A DNA stretch of 64,000 bases from Pseudomonadota bacterium (GCA_023389195.1 JAEWET010000020.1:33059-97058); one strand, 5' to 3'; shown: positions 1 to 9,097, counted from the first letter of the stretch. The notes: generated by a model from the sequence alone, not told the origin. Translations and numbers: made by a program.

Positions 1-536
1 CCGGATTTCGTGGCGTCGAGGAAGTCCGCCTCCAGCACCTGCAATTGCAGCGGCACTGGCAGACCATCCGACGACCGGCGCAATCGGCGGCGCACCAGGA
101 CCTCGCCCGCTTCGACCATCTCGCGGCAGATCAGCGTCTGCAGACCGTAGAAGTCGATCTGACCATCGGCATCGCACTCCGCCGTCCAGCGCTCGAACAG
201 CGCATCGACCTTGCGGTCGAGCGTGTCGTCGCCGCTCGCGGCGCGCGGCATGATGCCCGCGCCGATGATGTTGTTCACCAGCACTGCGACGGCCTTGGCC
301 GCATGCGGGTTGTTGCGCACCAGATCGCGCATCCGGTCGCGCAGCAGGGCACCGGCCACGCCGATCTCGGTATCGGCCGAGGATCCCGGCGCGCGCCAGC
401 CCTCGGTCCGCCGCCCGCGCGCGGCGCCGTCATACCCCCGCGTCAGGGTCTCGAAGGCCTGACGCGCCATGACGCGGCGCGCGGCCATGCGCGGCGCCAC
501 CGTGGCGATGGCGTGGTCGAACCAGTTCGCCGACAT
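1..536 (-). CDS. phage portal protein (lambda gpB type), N-terminal part; the gene runs off the left edge of the window
   Basis: Not in the ORF track because there is no stop inside the window. My translation of the minus strand from the ATG at 534-536 reads MSANWFDHAIATVAPRMAARRVMARQAFETLTRGYDGAARGRRTEGWRAPGSSADTEIGVAGALLRDRMRDLVRNNPHAAKAVAVLVNNIIGAGI... The start overlaps the stop of the upstream gpW-like gene (ATGA). Position fits the lambda order terminase-W-portal. Confidence 0.75.
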   Translation of the reverse strand, partial: MSANWFDHAIATVAPRMAARRVMARQAFETLTRGYDGAARGRRTEGWRAPGSSADTEIGVAGALLRDRMRDLVRNNPHAAKAVAVLVNNIIGAGIMPRAASGDDTLDRKVDALFERWTAECDADGQIDFYGLQTLICREMVEAGEVLVRRRLRRSSDGLPVPLQLQVLEADFLDATKS

Positions 537-745
537 CAGCGATCCCCGCGCGAGAAGCCCGCGAGCCCGGCCACCGGCAATGGCCGCGTGCTGCCCGCGA
601 TGGCGCGCTCGATGGTGCGGATGCGGGCGAGCAGGTCCTCGGCGGAGCCGTAGTCGACGGATTTGCCGTCGTAGCTCACCCGCGTCGTGCCGCTGGCATA
701 AGCGCGGCGCAGCGCCGAGAGCTCGGTTTCCGTCCAGTCGGTCAT
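536..745 (-). CDS. small head-tail joining / head completion protein (lambda gpW-like)
   Basis: Internal ATG (743-745) of track ORF 536..1066 gives 69 aa: MTDWTETELSALRRAYASGTTRVSYDGKSVDYGSAEDLLARIRTIERAIAG... It lies 3 nt after the terminase stop and before the portal. Size and position match gpW. Confidence 0.6.
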   Translation of the reverse strand: MTDWTETELSALRRAYASGTTRVSYDGKSVDYGSAEDLLARIRTIERAIAGSTRPLPVAGLAGFSRGDR

Positions 746-747
746 GT

Positions 748-2754
748 TCAGAACCATCCTCCGCGCCGTCCGAGCCAGTCGGAGCGGCGCTTGCCCTGCG
801 GGGCCTGTCCCGGCCGGTTGATCTGCCCGGCGGGATCGGTGTCGGTGGGGGCGGACCCGAGCTGATCCTCGAGGTCGCGCCATTTGTCGTCCGGCCAGCG
901 ATCCGCGCCCACTATCCAGGCGGCGGCGCGGGCATAGACCCGGCAGTCCAGCGCCTCGTTGCGCTCGCGCAGCTTCTGCCATTCCAGCCGGGCGAAGCCG
1001 CGCTTCGTGCGCACCGTCACCAGCTGTTCGGCGACGAACTGCTTCAGCCATTCGTTCTCGACCCAATACGGCAGATGCACCGAGCCGGGCGGGAATGCAG
1101 CCCCCTCGACCATCTCCTCCTCGGTCGGGCGCGCCAGCCGCAGGAAGCGGTAGGTCTCGGCCTTGAAGGTCGACACCGCCACGGTCCAGAGCCGGGCCCC
1201 GCGACGTAGGCGTTTCCCACCCTCGGTCGCATCGACAAACGTTGGCCCCGACACCGGGCTCGAGCGGTTGAACCCCTCGACGCCTTTGACCGGCGACACC
1301 TGCGCGAACCCCTGCGCCCGCGACCAGGAATAGACCGCCGGAGCCTCGTAACCCGTATCGATAGCCAGCCGCGCGATGCGCAGATGCGCGCCGCGTTCAT
1401 GCGGCCAGCTTCGGTCCAGGAGCGCGCTCAACTCCAACCAGGCGTCGTGCCGGTCGGGCCCGCCCTCGATGACGATGTGATCGACGAGCCAGCTTTCGAG
1501 CCCGCGCCCCCAGGCCCAGACGTCGACCTCGATCCGGTCCTTCTGCACGTCGGCCCCGGCGGTCAGGAACAGCCCGCCCGCAGGCACCGTGCCGGACGTC
1601 CAGCGCTCGCGCCGGTCGTAGAGCCGCTGCCAGTCGGGCGCCTCCCCGGTCTCGACCCACGTCTCGCCGAGGATCGTGTTGCGGAACGCCTTGATCGCCT
1701 CGTCCGACCCCTGTGCCGCGTCCCAGGCCCGCACGATCCGCTCCCAGCTCAGCCAGCCGATAGGCGAATAGAGCGCCGAGAGGTGATACCCGACCGTGGT
1801 CGGATCGGTGGCCGTGGCGGTCGCCCGCCATTCGCCGCCCTGCAGCATCGCCGTCTTGTGGTGTTCCGCGATTGCCGCGTCGCAGCCCTCGCAGTGATAC
1901 TCCGCCGTCTCCGGGCGGCCCTTCTGCCAGCGCAGCCGGTCGAACTTCAGCCACTGCATCGCGCCGCAATGCGGGCACGGCACGAAGAACCGGCGCTGAT
2001 CCGATGCCTCGTATTCCCGCTCGATCCGGCTCAGCCCCCGGATGGTGGGCGTCGAGACCAGCAGCACCTTCCGCCGATGGGCGAAGGTCAGCGACCGCGC
2101 TTCGGCCAGCGTGACCGGATCGCCTTCCTCGTCGGCGGACGCGGGATACGCGTCGACCTCGTCGAGGAAGATGTAGCGCGCGGGCGTCGAGCGCAGCCCG
2201 ACCGCCGAGTTCGCGCCCGTCATGATCAGGATGCCGCCCGCGAATTCCTTCGACAGCATGGTGTTGCCCGCGTCGCGCGACCGGGCCGGTTTGACCCGCT
2301 CCCGCAGGTCGGGACTTTCGTCGATCAGCGGGTCGATCCGCTGGCGCGAGTTGCGCTTGGCCAGTTCCACCGTGGGCTGGACCGCCAGCATCGGGCCGGG
2401 CGCCTGGTGGATGGCGAACCCGATCCAGTTGTTGCCCGCCTCGGTCGCGCCGACCTGCGCGGCCTTCATGAACACGATCCGCTGCGTGGGATCGCCGGGG
2501 CTCAGCCGGTCCATGATCTCGCGCATATAAGGCGTGCGCACGGTGCGATACCGCCCGGGTTCGGCCGAGGCCCGGCCCGAGAGCATCCGGTGCCGGTCCG
2601 CCCATTCCGAGACGGTCAGGTCCGGGTCGGGCCGCAGCCCGTTGCCCCAGGCGCGCAGGATCTCGCCCGCGCCGTCGAAGTCCGTCAGGCCATCGCCGCT
2701 CTCACCGGAAGTCGGGCCGGACCTCGGCGAGTTCGTCGAGGTGGGCGCGTACAT
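748..2754 (-). CDS. phage terminase large subunit (GpA family)
   Basis: 668-aa ORF. It has the GpA-type ATPase region (VFMKAAQVGATEAGNNWIG; IFLDEVDAYP) and a zinc-ribbon-like CPHCG...CEGC, then a nuclease half. The true start may be slightly downstream because of a 52-nt overlap with the small subunit. Confidence 0.9.
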   Translation of the reverse strand: MYAPTSTNSPRSGPTSGESGDGLTDFDGAGEILRAWGNGLRPDPDLTVSEWADRHRMLSGRASAEPGRYRTVRTPYMREIMDRLSPGDPTQRIVFMKAAQVGATEAGNNWIGFAIHQAPGPMLAVQPTVELAKRNSRQRIDPLIDESPDLRERVKPARSRDAGNTMLSKEFAGGILIMTGANSAVGLRSTPARYIFLDEVDAYPASADEEGDPVTLAEARSLTFAHRRKVLLVSTPTIRGLSRIEREYEASDQRRFFVPCPHCGAMQWLKFDRLRWQKGRPETAEYHCEGCDAAIAEHHKTAMLQGGEWRATATATDPTTVGYHLSALYSPIGWLSWERIVRAWDAAQGSDEAIKAFRNTILGETWVETGEAPDWQRLYDRRERWTSGTVPAGGLFLTAGADVQKDRIEVDVWAWGRGLESWLVDHIVIEGGPDRHDAWLELSALLDRSWPHERGAHLRIARLAIDTGYEAPAVYSWSRAQGFAQVSPVKGVEGFNRSSPVSGPTFVDATEGGKRLRRGARLWTVAVSTFKAETYRFLRLARPTEEEMVEGAAFPPGSVHLPYWVENEWLKQFVAEQLVTVRTKRGFARLEWQKLRERNEALDCRVYARAAAWIVGADRWPDDKWRDLEDQLGSAPTDTDPAGQINRPGQAPQGKRRSDWLGRRGGWF

Positions 2755-3298
2755 GTCTCTCCAGCACCTTCTGCATCGCGGCTGGCTCCACGGTGATCTG
2801 CTGGCCCGTCGCGTCGCTGGATGCCGCCGAGAGCTCTGCCGCCATTAACGCAGCCGCGCGCGCGGGCCAGTTCACCCACGCGTCCCGTTCCTCCCGCGCC
2901 AGCCGGAACACCAGCGCCAGCGCGCGGGCCCGCTCGATCAACCCCCCCTTCAGCTTCTGGAGCCGGATGCGCCGTTCCTGCGCCTTCAGCACCTCGTTCG
3001 CGGTCTTCGCCTGCAGGAAGGTCGTGCCGCCGCCCACCGCCGGGACAGCCAGCCCCTGTTCGCGCAGCGTGTCGCCGACAGCCACCACCGCCGCCTCGGG
3101 GACAGGCTTCAGCTTCGGCGCGGGCGGCTTGCGGGTCTTGGACGGGTCGGTCGTCTCGGCACGCCGGGCGTCGCTCGCGGCCGCGTTGATACTGCCATCA
3201 GGATAGAGAACCAGCCGCTCGGCCGCCTTCGCCTTCTGGATCGCGCCCCGCGACAGCCCGACATGGGCCGCGTACTGGCGCTCGCTCATGCCCTGCAT
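2702..3298 (-). CDS. phage terminase small subunit (N-terminal HTH)
   Basis: 198 aa immediately upstream of and overlapping the large terminase. N-terminal HTH: SERQYAAHVGLSRGAIQKAKAAERL. Confidence 0.65.
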   Translation of the reverse strand: MQGMSERQYAAHVGLSRGAIQKAKAAERLVLYPDGSINAAASDARRAETTDPSKTRKPPAPKLKPVPEAAVVAVGDTLREQGLAVPAVGGGTTFLQAKTANEVLKAQERRIRLQKLKGGLIERARALALVFRLAREERDAWVNWPARAAALMAAELSAASSDATGQQITVEPAAMQKVLERHVRAHLDELAEVRPDFR

Positions 3299-3383
3299 CG
3301 CCGACCCCGATTATCATTCATAATCATGTGCTTATCGAGTTGATAAGCGCGCCGGAGAGAGCGAGCGTCACTCAAACGAAGCG

Positions 3384-3635
3384 ATGAAACTCGACCCAAG
3401 GAGCCACCCGATGACTCGCCGCGCCGCTGACAATTCCAAGGCCCTCGACGCCTTTATCGCCGCGAAGACCGAGATCGACGCGATGCTGGAGCGGCTCGCC
3501 GCCCTCAGCGCGGACCATTTCGAGACCAGCTCCGACGAGATCAACTGGGACCGTGTCGGCACCCTGAACCACTACCGCGCCAAGCTGCGCGAGATCACCG
3601 ACATGGCCTTCAGCGAAGGCGAACACGCCGAGTAA
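3384..3635 (+). CDS. hypothetical small protein
   Basis: 83-aa ORF on the opposite strand to the packaging genes. Helical-looking sequence, no motif recognised. Confidence 0.4.
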   Translation: MKLDPRSHPMTRRAADNSKALDAFIAAKTEIDAMLERLAALSADHFETSSDEINWDRVGTLNHYRAKLREITDMAFSEGEHAE

Positions 3636-3725
3636 GACGACCAGCTCCCGGTCCCGCCCGCTGAATGGCGGGCTCGACCTCGTAGAAGGGCCCGCATTCC
3701 GCGCGCCCCGATACGGGAGACGACG

Positions 3726-4313
3726 ATGACCAAACTTTCCGACACCCAACTCGTGATCCTCAGCGCCGCCGCGCAGCGCGAGGACCGCAACGTCCTGCCA
3801 CTCCCCGGCTCGCTTCGCGGTGGCGCCGCCGCCAAGGTGGTTGGCGCACTGCTCTCGCGCAGGCTGATCGCGGAGACGGTGACCGACAGCCAGACCAAGG
3901 CCGACGCCGCGCTAAACCGGATCTGGCGCAACGACGAGGACGGGCGCGCCATCCTCCTGCACATCACCGAGGCAGGCCTTTCCGCCATCGGCATCGAGCC
4001 CGACGACGCGAACCCCGCGCCTGCGGGCGCGACGGAAGCGCCGAGCGCGGAGGCCCCGCAGGACGCTCCAGCCGAAGCCGACCCGGCGCCTAAGGCGCGC
4101 ACGCCGCGCACAGGCACGAAGCAGGCAAAGCTGATCGAGATGCTCCGCGCCGAGGGTGGCGCGACCATCGACGAGATCGTCGCCGAAACGGGGTGGCAGC
4201 CGCACACGGTGCGCGGCGCCTTCGCCGGGGCGCTCAAGAAGAAGCTCGGACTCGAAGTCACCTCCGAGAAGGTCGAGGGCCGGGGCCGGGTCTACAGCCT
4301 GCCGCACAACTGA
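3726..4313 (+). CDS. DUF3489-like protein (mobile-element associated)
   Basis: 195 aa. The N-terminal LSDTQLVILSAAAQRED and C-terminal KQAKLIEMLRAEGGATIDEIVAETGWQPHTVRGAFAGALKKKLGL match the repeated winged-helix signature I associate with DUF3489. The linker is Ala/Pro-rich. Confidence 0.7.
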   Translation: MTKLSDTQLVILSAAAQREDRNVLPLPGSLRGGAAAKVVGALLSRRLIAETVTDSQTKADAALNRIWRNDEDGRAILLHITEAGLSAIGIEPDDANPAPAGATEAPSAEAPQDAPAEADPAPKARTPRTGTKQAKLIEMLRAEGGATIDEIVAETGWQPHTVRGAFAGALKKKLGLEVTSEKVEGRGRVYSLPHN

Positions 4314-4338
4314 CACCGCTCTCAATGCAGGTCTCAAT

Positions 4339-4364
4339 GCCGCCGTCCCACATGGGGCGGCGGC
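4339..4364. terminator. GC-rich hairpin between convergent genes (possible bidirectional terminator)
   Basis: gccgccgtccc-acat-ggggcggcggc is an 11-bp stem with one G-T pair. It lies between the stop of 3726..4313 (+) and the stop of 4374..5159 (-). The T-tract is weak. Confidence 0.45.
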
Positions 4365-4373
4365 TTCCGCGTC

Positions 4374-5159
4374 TCAGAGCGAGATGCTCCAGTAGTCGAG
4401 CACCTTGCGGACATCATCCCGAGGATAGTGCGGGCCAGCCGATGCCAGATCATTGCGAATGGCGGCCTTCCTGCGGTCGGCCGCATCCTTGATCCGCTTT
4501 GAGAACTTGGCCGTCCCGAGGGGGAGCGAGGTCCGGTCGGGCTTCGGCCAGCTCTTCGGATACGCGTCCCAGTTCTCCCATTCGGCAACCTGACCAGCGA
4601 TGCCCGCGACATCTTCATGATCGCAGGACCAGCCGTAGAGGTGGAGCGCACAGACGCGAAGCATCATCTTCACGTCGGCCATCACGTCAGTGAACGCCTT
4701 CAGCGGCGTAGGCAGCAGGACCATGTTCGCGACGCAGGAGAAGAAGCGTCTGTCCTGAACCACAGCGTTGCTGACCTGGAAGAGAGCATCATCGACGCCC
4801 CAGATGTGGCAGCACGACCAGTTCGGTCGTTCTCCGGCCCGCAGGCCGAGAGCCAGCGTCAGCGCCTTATTCGCGTGCACGTTTCCTTCGGGTTTGTGGA
4901 TGCTGACGCCCGTCTGGCGGTTGCGGTTCATCTGCGGCTCGGACCAGTTGGATTTGTAGAACAAGCCACGCCGCGCATGCTCAGGATACCAGACCGGCAG
5001 ATAAGAGAACGTCTTCGGGTCGACCCATCGCGCTGTCCGCTCAATCAGTCCCATCACATCCGAAAGGCTGAGTTCCCGCCGCAGGGCCTCGAGGCCATCC
5101 GGAAGCGTATCCGCGCTGGTCGTTTGCTCGTTAGCGTCCTTCAAGATTTCGATCCCCAT
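4374..5159 (-). CDS. hypothetical protein, possible divergent HNH-type nuclease
   Basis: 261 aa in a visibly AT-richer gene. The segment CCHIWGVDD...VANMVLLPTPLKAFTD loosely resembles the HI.P...N.L.L....FD core of HNH_2-type nucleases, but the second His is missing. It is the last gene of the methylase operon. Confidence 0.5.
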   Translation of the reverse strand: MGIEILKDANEQTTSADTLPDGLEALRRELSLSDVMGLIERTARWVDPKTFSYLPVWYPEHARRGLFYKSNWSEPQMNRNRQTGVSIHKPEGNVHANKALTLALGLRAGERPNWSCCHIWGVDDALFQVSNAVVQDRRFFSCVANMVLLPTPLKAFTDVMADVKMMLRVCALHLYGWSCDHEDVAGIAGQVAEWENWDAYPKSWPKPDRTSLPLGTAKFSKRIKDAADRRKAAIRNDLASAGPHYPRDDVRKVLDYWSISL

Positions 5160-5257
5160 CCATACGCCTGGACGGGAAGCATTTCAGGCCCATCCCCAAC
5201 TTCGGTAAACCATAGGATCTGAACAGTATCGCGGCAATGCTGAGCCCCTGCATGTGG

Positions 5258-5494
5258 TCAGCTGGATCGGCTCTGATTTGACGCGACGCGGACCACCTCG
5301 AACACTCGCCGTAGCGCGAATGATCGTGCGATGCTGACCACGGTGAAGACGGCGCCCATCTGCAGGTTCTGCGCCAGCGTGGTGTGCAGGCCGAAAACTG
5401 GGAAGATCAGGATCTGCGTCACGACGGCGACGCCGTAGCCGATCGCGACATTGGCGATCGACTCGACCAGCGACATGAGCCGTGACTGTTTCAT
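5258..5494 (-). CDS. small membrane protein (two predicted TM helices)
   Basis: Only the last 78 codons of track ORF 5258..5956 are plausible: MKQSRLMSLVESIANVAIGYGVAVVTQILIFPVFGLHTTLAQNLQMGAVFTVVSIARSFALRRVF. The start overlaps the methylase stop (ATGA). Confidence 0.6.
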   Translation of the reverse strand: MKQSRLMSLVESIANVAIGYGVAVVTQILIFPVFGLHTTLAQNLQMGAVFTVVSIARSFALRRVFEVVRVASNQSRSS

Positions 5495-6867
5495 GCGGCG
5501 GACTTGCGCTTTCGCGCGGGTTCGGGGGCGGATTCCGTATCCGGCGTATCGGCCGGGGGTGCAGCATCGTCGCCCAGCCGCTCGGTTCTCACCTCGGCGA
5601 AGGTTCGGCCATCGCCGTCTAGGATCGCGGGTCGGCCGGCCTCGGCCTGCCAGCGTTCCACGGCGACATCGACATAGGCGGGGCTGATTTCCATCGCGAA
5701 GACGCGGCGGCCATCGGCCTCGCCCGCCATGATCTGCGAGCCGGAGCCCGAGAACGGTTCGTAGCAAAGCCCGCCGCGCACGACGTGCTGTCGCATCGGT
5801 ATGCCGAATGCGTCGAGCGGCTTCGGGGTCGGGTGATCGGGCCGGTCGTCGCGCGCGAAGCTCGGCATCTCCCAAGTCGAGGGCAGCGTCTGCTCGGCGA
5901 CCTTCGGCGGGCGGTTCGGGCGGCGCCAGCCCATGAAGCAGGGCTCGTGTTTCCACAGGTAGTGCGATCGGGTCAGGACGCCGCGGTCCTTCACCCAGAT
6001 GATCTGCTGATGCACGAAGGCGCCAGCCTTCTCCCAGCAGGCTTCAAGCATCGCCTGCCGGCGCGATGCGTGCCAGCAGTACCAGGCCGCGTCGTCGGTG
6101 ATCGCCTCGGCGACGGCTGCAGCGATGAAGCCGTCGTAGAGTTCCGCGCCTTGCGAACTGTCGTCCCAGGTCGTGCCGTAGGACGCCGACCAGTCTTTGT
6201 TCCGCGTAGGATGGTTCGAGCCGTCGTAGTCGACGAGATAGGGCGGGTCAGTCGCGAACAGCACGGCGCGCTCGCCATTCATCAGGCGGCGCACATCGGC
6301 CGCGCTGGTGCTGTCGCCGCACAGCAGGCGATGGTCGCCAAGGATCCAGAGATCGCCCGTGCGCGATGCCGGATTGCGCGGCGGCTCGGGGAAGGTCACC
6401 GGCGGCACGGAGCCCCCGGCGCCACCTTCTTCACCGCCGTCTTCCGCGACGTAGGCCAGCAGCTTGTCCAACTCGCCATCGGAGAACCCGACCAGCGACA
6501 GGTCGAAATCCTCGGCCAGGAGGTCGTTCAGTTCCGCCGACAGCAGTGCCTCGTCCCAGCTGCCGAGTTCCGTCAGCTTGTTGTCCGCGATCCGGTAAGC
6601 CCGGCGCTGTGCCTCGGTCAGATGGCCCAGCACGATCACCGGCGCTTCGGTCAGTCCAAGCTGCGTCGCAGCCAGCACCCGGCCATGGCCCGCGATCAGC
6701 TCCCCGTCCTCGGCGACGAGGCACGGCACGGTCCAGCCGAACTCGGCCATGCTGGCGGCGATTTTCGCGACCTGGTCCGCGCCATGCGCCTTCGCGTTCT
6801 TCGCGTAGGGCTGCAGGCGCGACAGCGGCCACGTCTCGATCGCGTCCGGGGCGAAGCTCAGCGTCAT
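5491..6867 (-). CDS. ParB-like nuclease domain fused to an N4/N6 DNA methyltransferase (phage methylase)
   Basis: ParB/Srx N-terminus (LQPYAKNAKAHGADQVAKIAASMAEFGWTVPCLVAEDGELIAGHGRVLAA). MTase motif IV is LFATDPPYLVDY and motif I is CYEPFSGSGSQIMAG. I chose the ATG at 6865-6867 (MTLSFAPD) rather than the track start at 6936. Confidence 0.9.
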   Translation of the reverse strand: MTLSFAPDAIETWPLSRLQPYAKNAKAHGADQVAKIAASMAEFGWTVPCLVAEDGELIAGHGRVLAATQLGLTEAPVIVLGHLTEAQRRAYRIADNKLTELGSWDEALLSAELNDLLAEDFDLSLVGFSDGELDKLLAYVAEDGGEEGGAGGSVPPVTFPEPPRNPASRTGDLWILGDHRLLCGDSTSAADVRRLMNGERAVLFATDPPYLVDYDGSNHPTRNKDWSASYGTTWDDSSQGAELYDGFIAAAVAEAITDDAAWYCWHASRRQAMLEACWEKAGAFVHQQIIWVKDRGVLTRSHYLWKHEPCFMGWRRPNRPPKVAEQTLPSTWEMPSFARDDRPDHPTPKPLDAFGIPMRQHVVRGGLCYEPFSGSGSQIMAGEADGRRVFAMEISPAYVDVAVERWQAEAGRPAILDGDGRTFAEVRTERLGDDAAPPADTPDTESAPEPARKRKSAA

Positions 6868-7205
6868 GGTGGGCAAGGTTCCTCGGTCGCCTGGATGCCG
6901 GTGGCTTCCGGACTCCAAGCGGGGTCCAGCGGCCACCAGCAGTGTCCGGTCGGAAGGTCAGCGTTCATTGGTGTTTGCGCGGGGCGCGCGTGGCTCCGGC
7001 GTCCGGGTGGCTTCCCAAAAATCCGGCCCTGTCGCTGGCGATGTCCCGCGCTTCGCCCGCCAGCATAGGATTTTCGCCAGGAAGGACCCGGAAATCGGTC
7101 TGGGAGGGCGACGCCCGCCTCGCCTGAGGTTAGCCAGAAACCTATCCCGATCCGCCGTTTTTGTCCGTTCGAAAAGTGTTCGCCGAACACTTTCCTCGGC
7201 GCTGC

Positions 7206-7640
7206 TCAGGGCTGCGCCGATCCGGCCAGTTCGATCACCCTGCGCTTCGACAGGTTGCGGTTCAGCCGCCGCCCGTTAAGCCTGAAGGCAATGACGCAGA
7301 GTGCATATAGCCAGTGTTCGTGGGCGGCGGTACGGTGCAATCCGACTGTCCAACAAATCGTCTTCCACCGTTCGCCATGGGCACGCAGCCAGACGATCTT
7401 GCCGTCGGTCGCATCGAGGCCGACCGTCCAGGTGAGCGTTTCCTCCATCCGGCTGATGGCGGCGGGCGATGGGACGAGCCGCATCGGCTGCGGCTCCTGG
7501 CCGACGAGGTCGGCGAATTCGTAGAAATAGTCCGGCCAGGTGTTGAAGTAGCCTTGCCGACGCGGTTCCGGCAGGCGCTTCAGCACCGAAGCGGCCTCCG
7601 AGAGCCGGGCTTCGACGAGGCTGGGGGTCCACTGGGTCAT
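7206..7640 (-). CDS. conserved prophage protein of unknown function
   Basis: 144 aa, translationally coupled to neighbours. It resembles a family seen in alphaproteobacterial prophages (DUF6362-like from memory, unverified). Confidence 0.6.
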   Translation of the reverse strand: MTQWTPSLVEARLSEAASVLKRLPEPRRQGYFNTWPDYFYEFADLVGQEPQPMRLVPSPAAISRMEETLTWTVGLDATDGKIVWLRAHGERWKTICWTVGLHRTAAHEHWLYALCVIAFRLNGRRLNRNLSKRRVIELAGSAQP

Positions 7641-7843
7641 TTACGCACCTCGTTCTGCGTTGGGCGTGCGCCGTAAAGCCGTTCGCCGAGTTGCCGGACC
7701 AGTTCGCGTTCGGGCCAACTGAGCCGATGATCGTCGACGGACACGGCGAGCAGGCCCTGATCACGCCAACCGTCACGCTTGACCTCGTCGGCATCGCGAC
7801 GGTGCCCGCCATAGCCGGGCGGGGTGAACTTCATGGTCTTCAT
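7637..7843 (-). CDS. hypothetical phage protein
   Basis: 68 aa with 4-nt overlaps on both neighbouring genes in the same operon. Confidence 0.5.
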   Translation of the reverse strand: MKTMKFTPPGYGGHRRDADEVKRDGWRDQGLLAVSVDDHRLSWPERELVRQLGERLYGARPTQNEVRK

Positions 7844-8097
7844 GGCTGCACCTCGGGCAGCAGGGCGGCATAGCCGATGACGTCGACGAGGCTGTCGCGG
7901 TGACCGGGATCGTGCGTGAGCCGAACCAGCTTGAGATCAATCATGCACAGCACCACCTCGGCCGGCGTGATGGTGCGGCCAAGGGTGAGCGACCAGCGCG
8001 CGGCGACAGCTGCGAAAGATGCGGCGGCTGGGCCGTAGCTCTCGGCGCGGGCGTTCAGCACCTGTGCCGCACGATCGAGGATGGCGGAGCGGGTCAT
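7840..8097 (-). CDS. conserved small phage protein (DUF6378-like)
   Basis: 85 aa. The pattern ESYGPAAASFAAVAARWSLTLGRTITPAEVVLCMIDLKLVRL...D..GYAAL recalls a widespread phage family (assignment from memory). Confidence 0.6.
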   Translation of the reverse strand: MTRSAILDRAAQVLNARAESYGPAAASFAAVAARWSLTLGRTITPAEVVLCMIDLKLVRLTHDPGHRDSLVDVIGYAALLPEVQP

Positions 8098-8630
8098 GCC
8101 AGACCTCCGTTGGTTTCGATCGCCCAGAGCAGGATGGCGATGGCGTCGGCCTCGTTATCATCGGCGGGTGAAAAGCCACGCGCGCGAACGGCGGCGATCA
8201 TCGCCGCCTTATCGGCATTGCCCCTGGCGGTGGCGTGGCGTTTGATGGTGCCAACCGGCACACCCTGATAGGGCACGCCGCGCAATTCCGCCCATGCGGT
8301 GAGCGTCGCCATCAGGCCGCCGTAGACGTGGGCGGCGTCTGTACCAGCATGACGTCGAACCTCCTCGAACCAGATGGTGGTCATCGGCCCGGACAGCCGA
8401 TCAATCTCGGTCAGCCAACTGGCGAAGCGCAGATAGCGCATGCCGCCACCGTCGAAACGGCCCGGGCGCAGCGACAGCGTGCCGCTGGTGATCAGACCGT
8501 CGGCGTCGCGCAACGCCCAGCCGGTGGTGGTGCCGAGGTCGAGGGCGAGGATCGGGCGATGGTGCGCCATCGTGACGGGCAGCGCGGGGATTGCACTGCG
8601 GTCTGCAATGCGCAGAGTCGGGTCAGCCAT
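8094..8630 (-). CDS. RuvC-like Holliday junction resolvase (phage)
   Basis: Only the C-terminal 178 codons of track ORF 8094..9575 are plausible, starting MADPTL (ATG at 8628-8630). RuvC-type motifs: ILALDLGTTTGWAL near the N-terminus and DDNEADAIAILLWA near the C-terminus. Confidence 0.75.
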   Translation of the reverse strand: MADPTLRIADRSAIPALPVTMAHHRPILALDLGTTTGWALRDADGLITSGTLSLRPGRFDGGGMRYLRFASWLTEIDRLSGPMTTIWFEEVRRHAGTDAAHVYGGLMATLTAWAELRGVPYQGVPVGTIKRHATARGNADKAAMIAAVRARGFSPADDNEADAIAILLWAIETNGGLA

Positions 8631-8871
8631 GGTCAGTCTCCTTCTCGGGTTGGCTGCTTTGGTGGAGGACGACGGCGGTCTGGTGCCTGGCAGCAGGGGA
8701 CCGCCGTCGTCGGATCGGGGATGCGGGTGGGCGCTGGCCTCGCGCGCGAAACCCCTGGGGGTGGGAGTGGGAGAACCCGCCTGCGGCGTTCTCCCCCACC
8801 CCCGTAGGGGGTGGTTTCGCCCCCCTGTAGTTGTGCTCGGCATCAACCACTTGATGTTGCAGATAATTTTC

Positions 8872-9049
8872 CAGTTTCGGGAGTTTCGGCCGATGCATCC
8901 CGCCGAATCTGATTGCAGCGAAACCGATCTGGCTCGCGCGTAATCCTGAAGGGGCAGTTTCGGCAGCGGGCCCAATCTGGTCACGACTGGGCAGGGCTTA
9001 GTTGCGCGCAGGTGTGACAGGGCAGTTTCGGAATTGCGCCCCATCTGGT
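8872..9049. repeat. iteron-like direct repeats in an ORF-free gap of the prophage replication operon
   Basis: Two 27-nt units, cagtttcggcagcgggcccaatctggt (8955-8981) and cagtttcggaattgcgccccatctggt (9023-9049), match at 22/27. Half-sites are cagtttcgg/gagtttcgg (8872-8889), aatctg (8906-8911) and gatctgg (8926-8932). Confidence 0.5.
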
Positions 9050-9097
9050 TCAAACTGATCGGCGCGTAGTTCTGCGGGCGACGGTCTGTCCGGGCGA

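Noticed and set aside
1384-2796. 470-aa plus-strand ORF, and also 1397..2605 on the minus strand
   Set aside because: It is antisense to, or out of frame with, the terminase large subunit. The composition is Arg/Pro/Gly-rich, which is typical of shadow ORFs in high-GC DNA.
5785-7068. 427-aa plus-strand ORF
   Set aside because: It is a shadow ORF opposite the ParB-methyltransferase gene and has no motifs.
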